Assembly: GCA_015075375.1 (NCBI GenBank)
Contig: JABTUM010000002.1
Coordinates: 16,306-80,305 of the forward strand
DNA: 64,000 nucleotides
Direction: 5' to 3'
Source of the DNA: Planctomycetota bacterium
Lineage (GTDB): Bacteria > Planctomycetota > SZUA-567 > H5-PLA8
The notes under the pieces are model-generated. The model made no database searches. It had not been told where the DNA came from and worked only from the letters and a program-made list of their open reading frames with translations. A program made the translations under genes and the position numbers. Shown in pieces: positions 33,832 through 43,417 of this stretch. Numbering within the stretch: position 1 is the first letter of the stretch; the number at the start of each line of letters is the position of its first letter.

Positions 33832-34041
33832 TCAGTCCCGCACGAGCAGCACGTTGACCGCTTTTACGATCACGCGCACCCGGTCGCCTTTCTTCAGCTT
33901 CAGGCTCTTCAGCGATTCGGTGGTCATGGCGCTGGAGAGTTCGAAGGTTCCTTTAACCTTGACCTTGGCGAGGCTCATCACGTCGCCCTTCAGGATGGCC
34001 GAGACCTTGCCGGTCACGTCGTTGCGTGCGCCGTGTTTCAT
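33832..34041 (-). CDS. TOBE/Mop (molybdopterin-binding) single-domain protein
   Basis: 69 aa. ARNDVTGKVSAILKGDVMSLAKVKVKG..ELSSAMTTESLKSLKLKKGDRVRVIVKAVNVLL matches the Mop/TOBE pattern. AAGGAG RBS 7 nt upstream. Confidence 0.75.
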   Translation of the reverse strand: MKHGARNDVTGKVSAILKGDVMSLAKVKVKGTFELSSAMTTESLKSLKLKKGDRVRVIVKAVNVLLVRD

Positions 34042-34163
34042 AGAGGACTCCTTGGCGTGGTTGATGCGGACATGCTACCGCGAACGACGGGACTTGGACA
34101 GCGCGCCCGAAGCCACTATAAGGTAGGCCTTCCGGTTCGAGTCACCAGGCGAGGAGCAAAGTC

Positions 34164-35441
34164 ATGTCCATGCGCGGATTACTCTTATTTGCGGCGGTCC
34201 TGTGCGGATGCGCCGGCGCGGCCGAATACTACGTTTCGCCCAAAGGCAGCGGGAAAGCGGGCACGAAGGAAGCTCCGGCGAAGGACCTCGGCTACCTGCT
34301 GGCATCACTGAAAGCCGGCGACACGATCCATATGGCGGAAGGGGTGTACGTCGAGCGCAGCGAGAAGGGCGCGGTGACGATCGAGGTGCCGGTGACGATT
34401 ATCGGCGGGTACGACGAAGGTTTCACGAAGCGCGATCCGTGGGGCGCGCACCGGACGATCCTGAGCGGGATCAATACGAGCGTGAATCTGGACCGCGGGC
34501 CGCGGCTGAGCATCAGCTTAAAGAAGATCCGCGAACCGGGCGGTCTGGTGAAGGTGGACGGGTTGATCATCGACAGCGCGGGGCGGAATCGCTACGCCGG
34601 CGAGGGCGCGAAGATCGTGCGCAAGGCCAACCCGGCGGCGAAGGAGAATCCGACGCCGGACAGCGCGGGGCTGAGCATCGAACTGAACGAGCAGGGCGAG
34701 GCGCTCGTCGAGAACTGCATCGTGATGAACTGCGCTCCGACGGGCGGCGCGCTGAATTTGTGGGGTTACAAGTCGACGAAGGCGACGGTGCGCAACTGCC
34801 TGGTGATCAACAACACGGGCGTGGGGATCGCGTGCCTCTCGCGCTTTCAGCCGAAGGAAGTCGAAGGCCGGCCGGCGTTCCTGCTGGAGCGGAACACGGT
34901 GCTGTTCACGGAAAAGTACGACGCGTTCGGCACGATCGCGGGCGACGCGCTGAACGTGGACGCGGTGGCGGTGGTGACGGCGAAGCGCAACGTCTTCGCG
35001 TTTTCGGACCGCTTCGGCGTGAACAACCAGAAGCAGGCGGCGCTGACGCTGGCCGAGAATCTTTTCCGCGGGAACCTCTTCGCGGATTACGTGGAGTTCG
35101 ACACGAAGATGGGCGCGGCGGCGATGGCCGACGACGCGGACAAGCTGACGCCGGAGAGCACCGGGAACGTGACGCAGGAGTTCCAGGCGCCGGTGGGCCT
35201 GGCGTGGGGCGCGCGGTATATGAGCCGCAACGTGATCGACCGCAACGTGGCCGAGGCGGACGTGAAGGCGAAAGATACGGTGATGAACGAATGGCGCAAA
35301 ATCCTGGGCCTGCCGCTGGACGGCGGGACGCTGAAGGTGGATTCGGAGATCTGGCTGCCGAAGATGGACGTGGAAACGGCGGTGACGGTGGGCTCGAAGG
35401 CGGTGCTGGACGGTTACGGTTGTTCCAAGCCGGCGCCCTGA
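34164..35441 (+). CDS. Secreted/lipoprotein right-handed beta-helix repeat protein
   Basis: Signal MSMRGLLLFAAVLCGCAGA, then YYVSPKGSGKAGTKEAPAKDL...GDTIHMAEGVY, typical of DUF1565/pectate-lyase-fold proteins. GAGGAG RBS. Confidence 0.75.
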   Translation: MSMRGLLLFAAVLCGCAGAAEYYVSPKGSGKAGTKEAPAKDLGYLLASLKAGDTIHMAEGVYVERSEKGAVTIEVPVTIIGGYDEGFTKRDPWGAHRTILSGINTSVNLDRGPRLSISLKKIREPGGLVKVDGLIIDSAGRNRYAGEGAKIVRKANPAAKENPTPDSAGLSIELNEQGEALVENCIVMNCAPTGGALNLWGYKSTKATVRNCLVINNTGVGIACLSRFQPKEVEGRPAFLLERNTVLFTEKYDAFGTIAGDALNVDAVAVVTAKRNVFAFSDRFGVNNQKQAALTLAENLFRGNLFADYVEFDTKMGAAAMADDADKLTPESTGNVTQEFQAPVGLAWGARYMSRNVIDRNVAEADVKAKDTVMNEWRKILGLPLDGGTLKVDSEIWLPKMDVETAVTVGSKAVLDGYGCSKPAP

Positions 35442-35872
35442 ACGCGCGGGGGTATTTCCCTTAGCCATTGCGCGAGCGAGTCTTTGGAGAGCGGTTTGGG
35501 AATCAGGCGCACGCGCCATTCGCGGAGCCAGTTGCGCAAGCCCTCGTCGGCGAAGGCGGTGATCATGGCGATGGGCGCCTGCGGGAAGGTCTGGCGGAAA
35601 GAGCGGACGACCTCGCAGCCTTCGGCGTCGGGCAGCCGGAAGTCGACGAGCATGCCGTCGAAGCGTTCTTCGATGAAGGCCATATCCTGCAGCATTTCGA
35701 CGGCTTCGCCGGCGGTGCTGACGGCGACGTGGCGCGCGCCGATGGTGTCGAGCCACCACGCGAGGGCCTGCGCGACGCCGTGATCGTCGTCGACGACGAG
35801 GATGACGGGCGTAGTGGCGCGTGAGGCGCGGCCCGTGGTCCGGTGTATAAGCGGGTTGGTCCGGTTGCGCAT
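35414..35872 (-). CDS. Single-domain response regulator (receiver)
   Basis: Only the 3' 459 nt of track ORF 35414..37045 looks real: MRNRTNP...ILVVDDDHG...MLVDFRLPDAEG...IPKP. It overlaps the 3' end of the convergent gene by 28 nt. Confidence 0.75.
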   Translation of the reverse strand: MRNRTNPLIHRTTGRASRATTPVILVVDDDHGVAQALAWWLDTIGARHVAVSTAGEAVEMLQDMAFIEERFDGMLVDFRLPDAEGCEVVRSFRQTFPQAPIAMITAFADEGLRNWLREWRVRLIPKPLSKDSLAQWLREIPPRVQGAGLEQP

Positions 35873-36037
35873 TTTGCCCCTCGTTTTCCGGGCACTACGT
35901 CCGCCGGAAGGCGTGGAGCAATCCCAAGGCCAACGATGCGGGCGGGGCTTGGCGGGAGCGGGACGGTTCGCCGAAGCGGAAGTGAAGCCGAAATGGTCAC
36001 GGACCGCCGGATAATGTACAGCGACAGGAGGCGCCGG

Positions 36038-36628
36038 ATGAATCGTGGAGCCGCCGCCGTTGCGCTTGGGTTGGGTCTGATTGCGATCGGTTGCGGGCAG
36101 GGCGAGCGGCCGCGGTCGCCGGACAAGCCGCCCGCACCCCATCCGCCTCCGTCGACCGCTCCTGCCACCGCGCCTTCGATCTCGGCATCCGGCGCGCTGC
36201 CTGCGACGGAGAAGCCGGAGCGGCCTGAGGCGGTCCTGCAAACGCGCACGAAGGCCAGCGAGAGCCTGGATGCGTTCTTGCACAGTTATTTCCAAAGCTG
36301 GTCGTCGGGCGAGATGGAGGCCTATCGGGCGCACTTTCATCCGCAGGCGCGGATCTACGTGCTGCGCGCTGGGCGGATCGTGAGCGCTCAGGACTTGCCC
36401 GAGTTCGCGGCGGAGCAGGAACGGCTGGTGCGCGAAGCGGCGACCCCGATGCGGGAGACGCTGGAGCGGTACGAAGTCCACGAGGATGTGGCGGCGGCGA
36501 GCGTGACGGCGGAATGGAAGCTCGTGAAGGGCGCCGAAGTGGACCGCGGGGTGGACCGGTTCACGATCATCCGCGGTTCGTCGGGATCGTGGCAGATCGT
36601 GGCGCTGGTATTCTACAAGCGAGAGTAG
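36038..36628 (+). CDS. Lipoprotein with NTF2-like (SnoaL/DUF4440-type) domain
   Basis: ATG at 36038 with AGGAGG 7 nt upstream. Lipobox LIAIGC. The pattern ..FLHSYFQSWSSGEMEAYRAHFHPQARIY.....WQIVALVFY is NTF2-like. Confidence 0.7.
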   Translation: MNRGAAAVALGLGLIAIGCGQGERPRSPDKPPAPHPPPSTAPATAPSISASGALPATEKPERPEAVLQTRTKASESLDAFLHSYFQSWSSGEMEAYRAHFHPQARIYVLRAGRIVSAQDLPEFAAEQERLVREAATPMRETLERYEVHEDVAAASVTAEWKLVKGAEVDRGVDRFTIIRGSSGSWQIVALVFYKRE

Positions 36629-36654
36629 GCCCACGACGCGGGCCGATCCTGCGG

Positions 36655-37281
36655 TTAATCGACGACGCTTCCGCCGCAGGCCCGCAGGGCCTCGTGCAGG
36701 TGTTTGACCAGATCGTGCTCGTCGCGGGTGACGATCCCGTCGGCGCTGACGGACTGCAGGCATTCGAGGAAGACGGCGTAATGTACGCCGCGGGCTTCGT
36801 CCTCGGAGATGCCGAACTCTTTCTTGTATTTGCGCAGCTTGTCCACTTCCTCGCGCGTGACCTGCATGTTGGCGAGGGTTTCGAGCAGGACCTTGCGGTA
36901 CTTCTCCTGTACCAGGTTCTTGGATTCGGCGAAGCCGATCTTCTTCTGTTCGTCGCCCACGCGAATGGCGAGGGGGCGACGGGGCGTGAAGGTTTGGTCG
37001 GCGTCGGCGACTTTGGTGATCAAGTTCAGGTGGAAGAAGCGCCAACCCGGATCGGGGCTGAGCTGGTACGCCTTGACCATGACGCCGGCGGGCGTCTCGG
37101 TGACGGCGTAGGGTTCGACGAGGCGGGTCTTTTCTTCGCCGGTCAGCGCGGTGAAGTAAGTAAGATTCAAGGCGTGGCGATTGTAAGCGGCCTTGAGGAT
37201 CACCTGGAGGTGTTGCTTTTCGAGGTCGGTCAGCATCGCGAGGTCCTCCGGAATGCCGCTATTAAAAGACTCGCGCATCAT
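36655..37281 (-). CDS. Hypothetical protein with WYL-like domain
   Basis: LNLTYFTALTGEEKTRLVEPYAV..AGVMVKAYQLSPDPGWRFFHLNLITKV fits the WYL pattern (R.V.PY.L....yl.Ay......R.F.L.rI). The C-terminal half is helical and unassigned. Confidence 0.55.
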   Translation of the reverse strand: MMRESFNSGIPEDLAMLTDLEKQHLQVILKAAYNRHALNLTYFTALTGEEKTRLVEPYAVTETPAGVMVKAYQLSPDPGWRFFHLNLITKVADADQTFTPRRPLAIRVGDEQKKIGFAESKNLVQEKYRKVLLETLANMQVTREEVDKLRKYKKEFGISEDEARGVHYAVFLECLQSVSADGIVTRDEHDLVKHLHEALRACGGSVVD

Positions 37282-37413
37282 CTTATGCCCGTTGCGGCGT
37301 TCTGTCGAATAGCTTAAAGGTCCAGACGGTACGGCGGCTCGTTCCAGAGCGTTCCGGCGGAGGGCGTGATTGAATACGAGGGTGCGCGGAAATCCCTGGA
37401 GGCGGAACGTCCC

Positions 37414-38163
37414 ATGTCCATCGAGACGATCGGGTTAAGCGGCGAAGAGCGGGAGCGTTTTCATCGCGAGGGTTATCTGGGTCCGTACTCGATCGGGCGG
37501 CCCGAAGCGGTGCGCGAGATCTGCGCCCGGCTGGAGCGCGAGGTTCAGCCGACGCCGGGGCCTTGGGCGAAGCATCCCGATCAAATGCGGCACCTGGACA
37601 GCGCGGAGGTGCGCGGATTGGTGGCGCATCCGGCGATCGTGGAGCGGCTGGCCGGTTTGTACGGGGCGGACTTGGCGTGCTGGAGGAGTAACTTTTTCTT
37701 CAAGGCGCCCGGCGGGAAGGAAGTGCCGTGGCACCAGGATGCCGAGTTCTGGGAACTGGATCCGCCGGTGAACGTGACGTGCTGGCTGGCGCTGGACGAC
37801 GTGACGCGCGAGAACGCGTGCATGCAGATCGTTCCGGGCAGCCATAAGCGCATCCTGCCGCACGTGGCCGCGGGGGAAGTGATGCTGTTCGATAAGATGG
37901 CCGATCCGAAGCTGGTGCCGCTCGAGAAGGCCATCGACGTGGAGCTGAAAGCGGGCGAGTTCATTCTCTTCAACGAGCGGCTGCTGCATCACAGCGAAGC
38001 GAACCGGTCCGCGCGCTGGCGCAAGAATATGGTGATCCGCTACACGGTTCCGTTCGTGCACGTGCCGCCGTTGTACGAAGGGTACACGCTGACGATGGTG
38101 CGCGGCGAAGACCGCTTCAACCTGAATCCGAGCGTGGCGCTGGCGGAACTCGCGGCGGTGTAG
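37414..38163 (+). CDS. Phytanoyl-CoA dioxygenase (PhyH) family Fe(II)/2OG oxygenase
   Basis: F.REGYLGP, VPWHQDAEFW, and later HHSEAN. The longest ORF starts with GTG at 37366; ATG at 37414 chosen. Confidence 0.75.
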   Translation: MSIETIGLSGEERERFHREGYLGPYSIGRPEAVREICARLEREVQPTPGPWAKHPDQMRHLDSAEVRGLVAHPAIVERLAGLYGADLACWRSNFFFKAPGGKEVPWHQDAEFWELDPPVNVTCWLALDDVTRENACMQIVPGSHKRILPHVAAGEVMLFDKMADPKLVPLEKAIDVELKAGEFILFNERLLHHSEANRSARWRKNMVIRYTVPFVHVPPLYEGYTLTMVRGEDRFNLNPSVALAELAAV

Positions 38164-38170
38164 AGCCTTT

Positions 38171-38629
38171 TCAGAAGGAAACCTGCGCGCGCGTGCGGAC
38201 GATGAGCACGGACTCCTGCTTGAATCGTTTCTTATAGGCCGCGGCGACGGCGTCCACGCGGGCGCGGTGTTCGGCGCCGTCGGGGTGCAGCACGAGCAGC
38301 ACCTTGGTCGGTTCGCGGACGAGTTTCCCGTCTTGTCCCAAGTATTGGCCGCTGGCCTCGAAGACGGTAAGCCCTTCGCGAAAGCGCGGGGTGACTTCCG
38401 AATCCAAAAAGGCCTGCCACTCGGCGGCGCTGACTTGTCCTCCGCCGGGGATGTTCATGCCCAGGTAGCATTCGGTGCGAATCCAGGCCGGCGCGGCCGC
38501 GGCGGTTTCGGGCGTGTCGCGCGGTTCGGTCCGATGCTCGCAGCCGGCCAGGAAACTCCCCGCCAGCAGCAGCGCCGCGTAGGGTGCGATTCGAGCACGG
38601 CGCAGGGGGCGCTCCATCGGGCGCTCCAT
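38171..38629 (-). CDS. DUF3574-like lipoprotein
   Basis: Lipobox LAGC. The YLGMNIPGGGQVSAAEWQAFLDSEVTPRFREGLTVFEASGQY..DGKLVREPTKVL pattern is recognised from memory. Start ambiguous (GTG 38650, ATG 38629 or ATG 38617) because of a 12-bp tandem repeat. Confidence 0.65.
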   Translation of the reverse strand: MERPMERPLRRARIAPYAALLLAGSFLAGCEHRTEPRDTPETAAAAPAWIRTECYLGMNIPGGGQVSAAEWQAFLDSEVTPRFREGLTVFEASGQYLGQDGKLVREPTKVLLVLHPDGAEHRARVDAVAAAYKKRFKQESVLIVRTRAQVSF

Positions 38630-38652
38630 CGGGCGCTCTATCGGGTGCACCT

Positions 38653-40458
38653 TCAGGCGGACGCCGCTTGCTTGAGACGCGATTCGAGGGCGTCGAGTTC
38701 CCGGTTCAGTTCCGGCGGCAGGCGATCGCCGAACTTTTCGTAATGCTTGCGGATGGCGGGAATCTCGCGCAACCAGGCCGGCGCGTCGCAGCGCAGGAGT
38801 TCGCGCAGATCCTCGGGGGTGACTTCAAGTCCGTTGAGGTCGAGCGACTCGGCGGTGGGAACGTGGCCGATGGGCGTATCGACCGCGTCGGCGCGGCCTT
38901 CGATGCGGTCGACGATCCACTTCAGAACGCGGCTGTTATCTCCGAAGCCTGGCCAGAGGAAGCGGCCGTCGGCGCTCTTGCGGAACCAGTTGACGAGATA
39001 AATGCGCGGGAGCTTGGCCGCGTCGTGCTCGCGTCCGATCTTGAGCCAATGCGCGAAGTAGTCGCCCATGTGGTAGCCGCAGAAGGGCAGCATGGCGAAC
39101 GGATCGAAGCGCAGGTCGCCGATCGTGCCGGTGGCGGCGGCTGTTTTTTCGCTGCTGACGAAGGTTCCCAAGAAGGTGCCGTACGACCACGACGGCGCTT
39201 CGCAGGCGAGCGGCACGGTGGTGGCGCGGCGGCCTCCGAAGAGGATGGCGCTGATGGGCACGCCGCGGGGATCCTGCCACTCGGCGGCAATAACGGGACA
39301 CTGCCAGGCCGGCGCCGTGAAGCGAGCATTGGGATGCGCGGCGGGGCGCCCGGATTCGGGGGTCCAGGGCCGGCGCAGCCAATCGACGAGGTGCGCGGGC
39401 GGGCGGCGGGTCATGCCGTCCCACCAGACGTCCCCGCCGGGCGTGGCGGCGCAGTTGGTGAAGATGCAATTGGCGTCGAGCGCGCGCATCGCGTTGAAGT
39501 TGGTTTCGTCGCTGGTGCCGGGCGCGACGCCGAAGAAGCCGGCCTCGGGGTTGATCGCGTAGAGCCGTCCGTCGGGTCCGAACTTCATCCAGGCGATGTC
39601 GTCGCCGATGACTTCCACCTTCCAGTGCGGCAGGGTGGGGATGAGCATGGCGAGGTTGGTTTTTCCGCAGGCGCTGGGGAAGGCGGCGGCCAAGTAATGC
39701 GGCTGCCCGCGCGGCGGAGTGACTTTAAGGATGAGCATGTGCTCGGCCAGCCAGCCTTCGTCGCGGGCCTGGACACTGGCGATGCGCAGCGCGTGGCACT
39801 TTTTGCCGAGGAGCGCGTTGCCGCCGTAGCCGGAGCCGTAGGAGAGGATCTCGCGCGTCTCGGGGAAGTGGCAGATGTATTTGTTGGTGGCGTTGCAGGG
39901 CCAGGGGATATCGGGCTGCTTGGGATCGGTAAGCGGGTATCCGACGGAGTGCAGTCCGCGGACGAATTCTCCGTTGTCACCGAGGGCTTCGAGGACGCGG
40001 CGGCCGACGCGGGTCATGATCTGCATGCTGCAGACGACGTAAGGGCTGTCGGTGATCTGCACGCCGATCTTGGCGATGGGCGAATCGACGGGCCCCATGC
40101 TGTAGGGGATGACGTAGAGCGTGCGCCCCTGCATGCAGCCGGCAAAGAGTTCCTTGAGGCGCGCGCGCATTTTGCCGGGCGCTTCCCAGTGATTGGTCGG
40201 TCCGGCATCGCTCTCTTTTTCGGAGCAGATGTAGGTGCGGTCTTCGACGCGCGCGGTGTCGGCGGGGTCGCTGCGGGCGAGGAAGCAATTCGGCCGGATC
40301 GACTCGTTAAGCTTGATGAGCGTGCCCGTATCGACCATGAGGCGCGTCAGCCAACGGTATTCTTCGGCGCTGCCATCGCACCAGTGGACGTTCAGCGGCT
40401 TGCAGAGGGCGACGATCTCTCCGACCCATTGATTGAGCCTTTGGTGGTTGGTGGTCAC
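38653..40458 (-). CDS. pckG: Phosphoenolpyruvate carboxykinase (GTP)
   Basis: N-terminal [27 protein letters not shown], plus [11 protein letters not shown] (kinase-1a P-loop) and [18 protein letters not shown] at 40458 has GAGGAA 7 nt upstream; the track ORF extends to 40551. Confidence 0.9.
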   Translation of the reverse strand: MTTNHQRLNQWVGEIVALCKPLNVHWCDGSAEEYRWLTRLMVDTGTLIKLNESIRPNCFLARSDPADTARVEDRTYICSEKESDAGPTNHWEAPGKMRARLKELFAGCMQGRTLYVIPYSMGPVDSPIAKIGVQITDSPYVVCSMQIMTRVGRRVLEALGDNGEFVRGLHSVGYPLTDPKQPDIPWPCNATNKYICHFPETREILSYGSGYGGNALLGKKCHALRIASVQARDEGWLAEHMLILKVTPPRGQPHYLAAAFPSACGKTNLAMLIPTLPHWKVEVIGDDIAWMKFGPDGRLYAINPEAGFFGVAPGTSDETNFNAMRALDANCIFTNCAATPGGDVWWDGMTRRPPAHLVDWLRRPWTPESGRPAAHPNARFTAPAWQCPVIAAEWQDPRGVPISAILFGGRRATTVPLACEAPSWSYGTFLGTFVSSEKTAAATGTIGDLRFDPFAMLPFCGYHMGDYFAHWLKIGREHDAAKLPRIYLVNWFRKSADGRFLWPGFGDNSRVLKWIVDRIEGRADAVDTPIGHVPTAESLDLNGLEVTPEDLRELLRCDAPAWLREIPAIRKHYEKFGDRLPPELNRELDALESRLKQAASA

Positions 40459-40829
40459 AAACAGGTTCCTCGCTACGCGCAAAACCGGATACGGCGAAAA
40501 GCTGCGTATAGCCACTTTATAGGTGAGAAGCATTCGAGACGACAATCGCATTTCACATCGGAATATAGGCTAATGGACTCCTATCGCGTACGACCGCGGC
40601 GATTCGAAATCGCTCGAAAGTGAGGTTCAAGCGAGGCTGTTCAAAATTGCGCATTGCCAGCACGGGGTGCGTTCCTTATTATTGTGTGCGGCAGGCGGTA
40701 TTTCCCTGAAATTCACAGGCGGTGCAGCGGCTGCATCGTGCGGCTTGTCGGGCTTTAAATGTAAGCTCGGCAAGAGCGTGGGACCCACAACAGGACGCTC
40801 AACGCGCGGGCTCGCTCGCGGATTCGGCC

Positions 40830-42590
40830 ATGGAAATTCTTAAAGGGATTCCCGTCTCGCCCGGTGTGTACATCGGGGAAGCCTTCCTGCTGGAAGGCGA
40901 GGAAGTGCGCATTCCTAAGCGGATGGTGCCGCCGGATCGCGCGGAGGCGGAAGCGGCGCGCTTCGAAGCCGCGGCGGGGCAGGTGCTGGCGGAACTGGAC
41001 AGCCTGCGCGGCGTGACGGAATCGCAGTTGGGCCCCAACCTCGCGGCAATCCTTTCGGTTCAGACGCAACTGCTGCGCGATCCGTCGCTGCGCGAGCGGA
41101 TCACGAACCGGGTCATCAAACAGCATCATTCGGCCGAGTACGCGGTCGCGCGGACCTTGCGCGAGGTCGCCAAGGTGATGTCGGCAAGCCAGAGTCAACT
41201 GATCAAAGAGCGCAGTTCGGACATCATCGACCTCGAAAAGCGGTTGTTGAAAGAACTGCTGGGCGAGGAAGGCGAAGACCTGGAGCACTTGCAGCGTCCG
41301 GTGGCGCTGGTGGTGCACGACTTAGGCCCGTCGCAAACGGCGGCGCTGGACCGGAACAAGATCAAGGCCTTCGCGACGGACGCGGGCGGCCGGACGAGCC
41401 ACACGTCGATTTTGGCGCGCGCACTGCAGATCCCGGCGGTGGTGGGGCTGGAGACAATCAGCACCGATATCACCGGCGGCGAGACGATCATCATCGACGG
41501 GAACCGCGGGATCGTGATCCTGCGCCCGGACGACCGGACGCTGGCGCGCTACAAGAAGCTGCAGGTCGAGTTCCAGGAATTCGAGAAGTCGCTGATCAAG
41601 GACAAAGACCTGCCGGCGGTGACGCAGGACGGCCGGGAAGTCCGCGTGATGGCGAACGTCGAATTCCCCGAGGAAGTGCTGGACGCGATCACCAACTACG
41701 GCGCGGCGGGGGTGGGGCTGTTCCGGACGGAGTTCCTGTACCTGAAGAGCGGCGTGATGCCGACGGAGCAGGACCACTTCGAGGCGTACAAGCAGTCGCT
41801 GCTGCATCTGGGCGGGCGGCCGCTGGTGATCCGCACCTTCGACTTGGGCGCGGACAAGATCGATCCTGCGTACTCGGTATCGGAGCACAATCCGTTTCTG
41901 GGTCTGCGCAGCATCCGCGTATCGATGAAGCGCCCGGAGAATTTCCGGCTTCAAGTGCGCGCGATCCTGCGGGCCTCGGCGCAAGGCAAGATCCGGCTGC
42001 TGCTGCCGATGATCTCCTGCATCGAGGAGCTGCGCTGGGGGCGCTCGACGATCGAAGAGATCAAGGGCGAACTGCGCGTCCGTAACGAACGCTTCGACGA
42101 CGAGATCGAGATCGGCATCATGGTGGAAGTGCCTTCAGCGGCGCTGCAGATCCGCGCGCTGGCGCGCGAGTGCGATTTCCTTTCGATCGGGACGAACGAC
42201 CTGATCCAGTACACGCTGGCGGTGGACCGCGGCAACGAACACGTGGCGCATCTGTTCACGCCGGCGCATCCGGCGATCCTGACGCTGGTCAAGATGATCG
42301 TGGATGCGGGTCGCGAGTTCGAAGTGCCGGTGGCGATGTGCGGCGAGATGGCGGGCGATCCGATCTACGTGCCCCTGCTGGTGGGACTGGGGCTGACGGA
42401 AGTCTCGGTCACGCCCAAGCTGATCCCCGAGGTGAAGACAATCGTGCGCAGCGGGACGTACGAGCGCTTCAAGGAGATCGCCGGGAAGGTGATGGGGATG
42501 GACGAAGTGGCCGAGATCGCGGATTTCCTGCGCGACGAACTGGACGCGGTCCTGCCGCCGGGCAGCAAGTTCGGCGCGGGGCGGAGCTAG
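40830..42590 (+). CDS. ptsI: Phosphoenolpyruvate-protein phosphotransferase (PTS Enzyme I)
   Basis: MEILKGIPVSPGV, GGRTSHTSILAR (active-site His), GLFRTEFLY, SIGTNDLIQYTLAVDR and CGEMAGDP. Confidence 0.9.
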   Translation: MEILKGIPVSPGVYIGEAFLLEGEEVRIPKRMVPPDRAEAEAARFEAAAGQVLAELDSLRGVTESQLGPNLAAILSVQTQLLRDPSLRERITNRVIKQHHSAEYAVARTLREVAKVMSASQSQLIKERSSDIIDLEKRLLKELLGEEGEDLEHLQRPVALVVHDLGPSQTAALDRNKIKAFATDAGGRTSHTSILARALQIPAVVGLETISTDITGGETIIIDGNRGIVILRPDDRTLARYKKLQVEFQEFEKSLIKDKDLPAVTQDGREVRVMANVEFPEEVLDAITNYGAAGVGLFRTEFLYLKSGVMPTEQDHFEAYKQSLLHLGGRPLVIRTFDLGADKIDPAYSVSEHNPFLGLRSIRVSMKRPENFRLQVRAILRASAQGKIRLLLPMISCIEELRWGRSTIEEIKGELRVRNERFDDEIEIGIMVEVPSAALQIRALARECDFLSIGTNDLIQYTLAVDRGNEHVAHLFTPAHPAILTLVKMIVDAGREFEVPVAMCGEMAGDPIYVPLLVGLGLTEVSVTPKLIPEVKTIVRSGTYERFKEIAGKVMGMDEVAEIADFLRDELDAVLPPGSKFGAGRS

Positions 42591-42598
42591 GAGCACGT

Positions 42599-43402
42599 AT
42601 GCTGGCGGATAATCCGATCGGGATTCGCAACGGCTGTCTTTCTGCGGGCTGGCGGGAGGCGTTCGCGTTGGCTAAGGAAGCCGGCGCGGAGTGCCTGGAG
42701 TTGGACGTCGACGCCGAGTACGCCGATTTCCCGCTCTACAGTGCCGCGGGGCGGAGCGAGTTGCAAAAGCTGGCCGCGCAGAGCGGCGTGAAGCTGGTCT
42801 CGATCTGCCTCGGCGCGTTCTGGAAGCTGAGTCCTTCGAATCCGGACGGAGCGATCCGCGCGCGGGCGGCCAAGCTGCTCAACGAGACCATCGCCGGGTG
42901 CGATGCCATAGGCATCCCGTACATCCTCGCGCCGTTCACGCATCACGAAGGCGCGACGGTGGAGAGCCAGCGCGCAGGCTGGGGCGAGGTGCTGGGACAG
43001 GTGGTGCCCACGGCGAAGCAGGCGAAGGTCAAGACCGGGCTGGAGCTTTGCGCGCGGGATTTCGCTCATTCGGCCGGAGACGCGATCGCGATTCTGACCG
43101 CGGCGTCGGCGCCGCCGAATATGGGCGTGTACTTCGATACCGCCAACGGCATGCACCGCGGCCACCAGCCGGAGGAGGAGATTCCGGAACTGGCGGCGGC
43201 TAAGCGCCTGACGGTCGTGCACATCAAGGATTACCGGAACTGCCATCTCGGCGAAGGCAGCGTGAATTTTCCGGCGGTGAAGCGCGAACTGGAAAAGGCG
43301 CAGTATCGCGGACCTTTCGTGCTGGAGACGCCGGGCGGGGACGATCCGCTGGCGAGCGCGAAGCGGAACCTGGACTTTACGAAGCGGCTTTTCCGCGGTT
43401 GA
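42599..43402 (+). CDS. Sugar phosphate isomerase/epimerase (xylose isomerase-like TIM barrel), paralog of 15177..15971
   Basis: ATG at 42599, 8 nt after the ptsI stop. VHIKD...GEGSVNFPAVKRELEKAQYRGPFVLETPGG..PLASAKRNLDF parallels the other copy. Confidence 0.8.
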   Translation: MLADNPIGIRNGCLSAGWREAFALAKEAGAECLELDVDAEYADFPLYSAAGRSELQKLAAQSGVKLVSICLGAFWKLSPSNPDGAIRARAAKLLNETIAGCDAIGIPYILAPFTHHEGATVESQRAGWGEVLGQVVPTAKQAKVKTGLELCARDFAHSAGDAIAILTAASAPPNMGVYFDTANGMHRGHQPEEEIPELAAAKRLTVVHIKDYRNCHLGEGSVNFPAVKRELEKAQYRGPFVLETPGGDDPLASAKRNLDFTKRLFRG

Positions 43403-43417
43403 GCAGGCGCCGTCCGG

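Noticed and set aside
35873-37045. Upstream 1.2 kb of track ORF 35414..37045
   Set aside because: It is Arg-rich and overlaps the NTF2-like lipoprotein and WYL-like genes. Only the last 152 codons form a receiver domain.
38584-40623. 679-aa plus-strand ORF antisense to pckG; likewise 55355..57337 (antisense to fbp), 58326..59747 (antisense to tkt) and 59914..60996 (antisense to sthA-like)
   Set aside because: All oppose genes with unmistakable enzyme motifs and themselves have low-complexity Gly/Ala/Arg/Asp composition.
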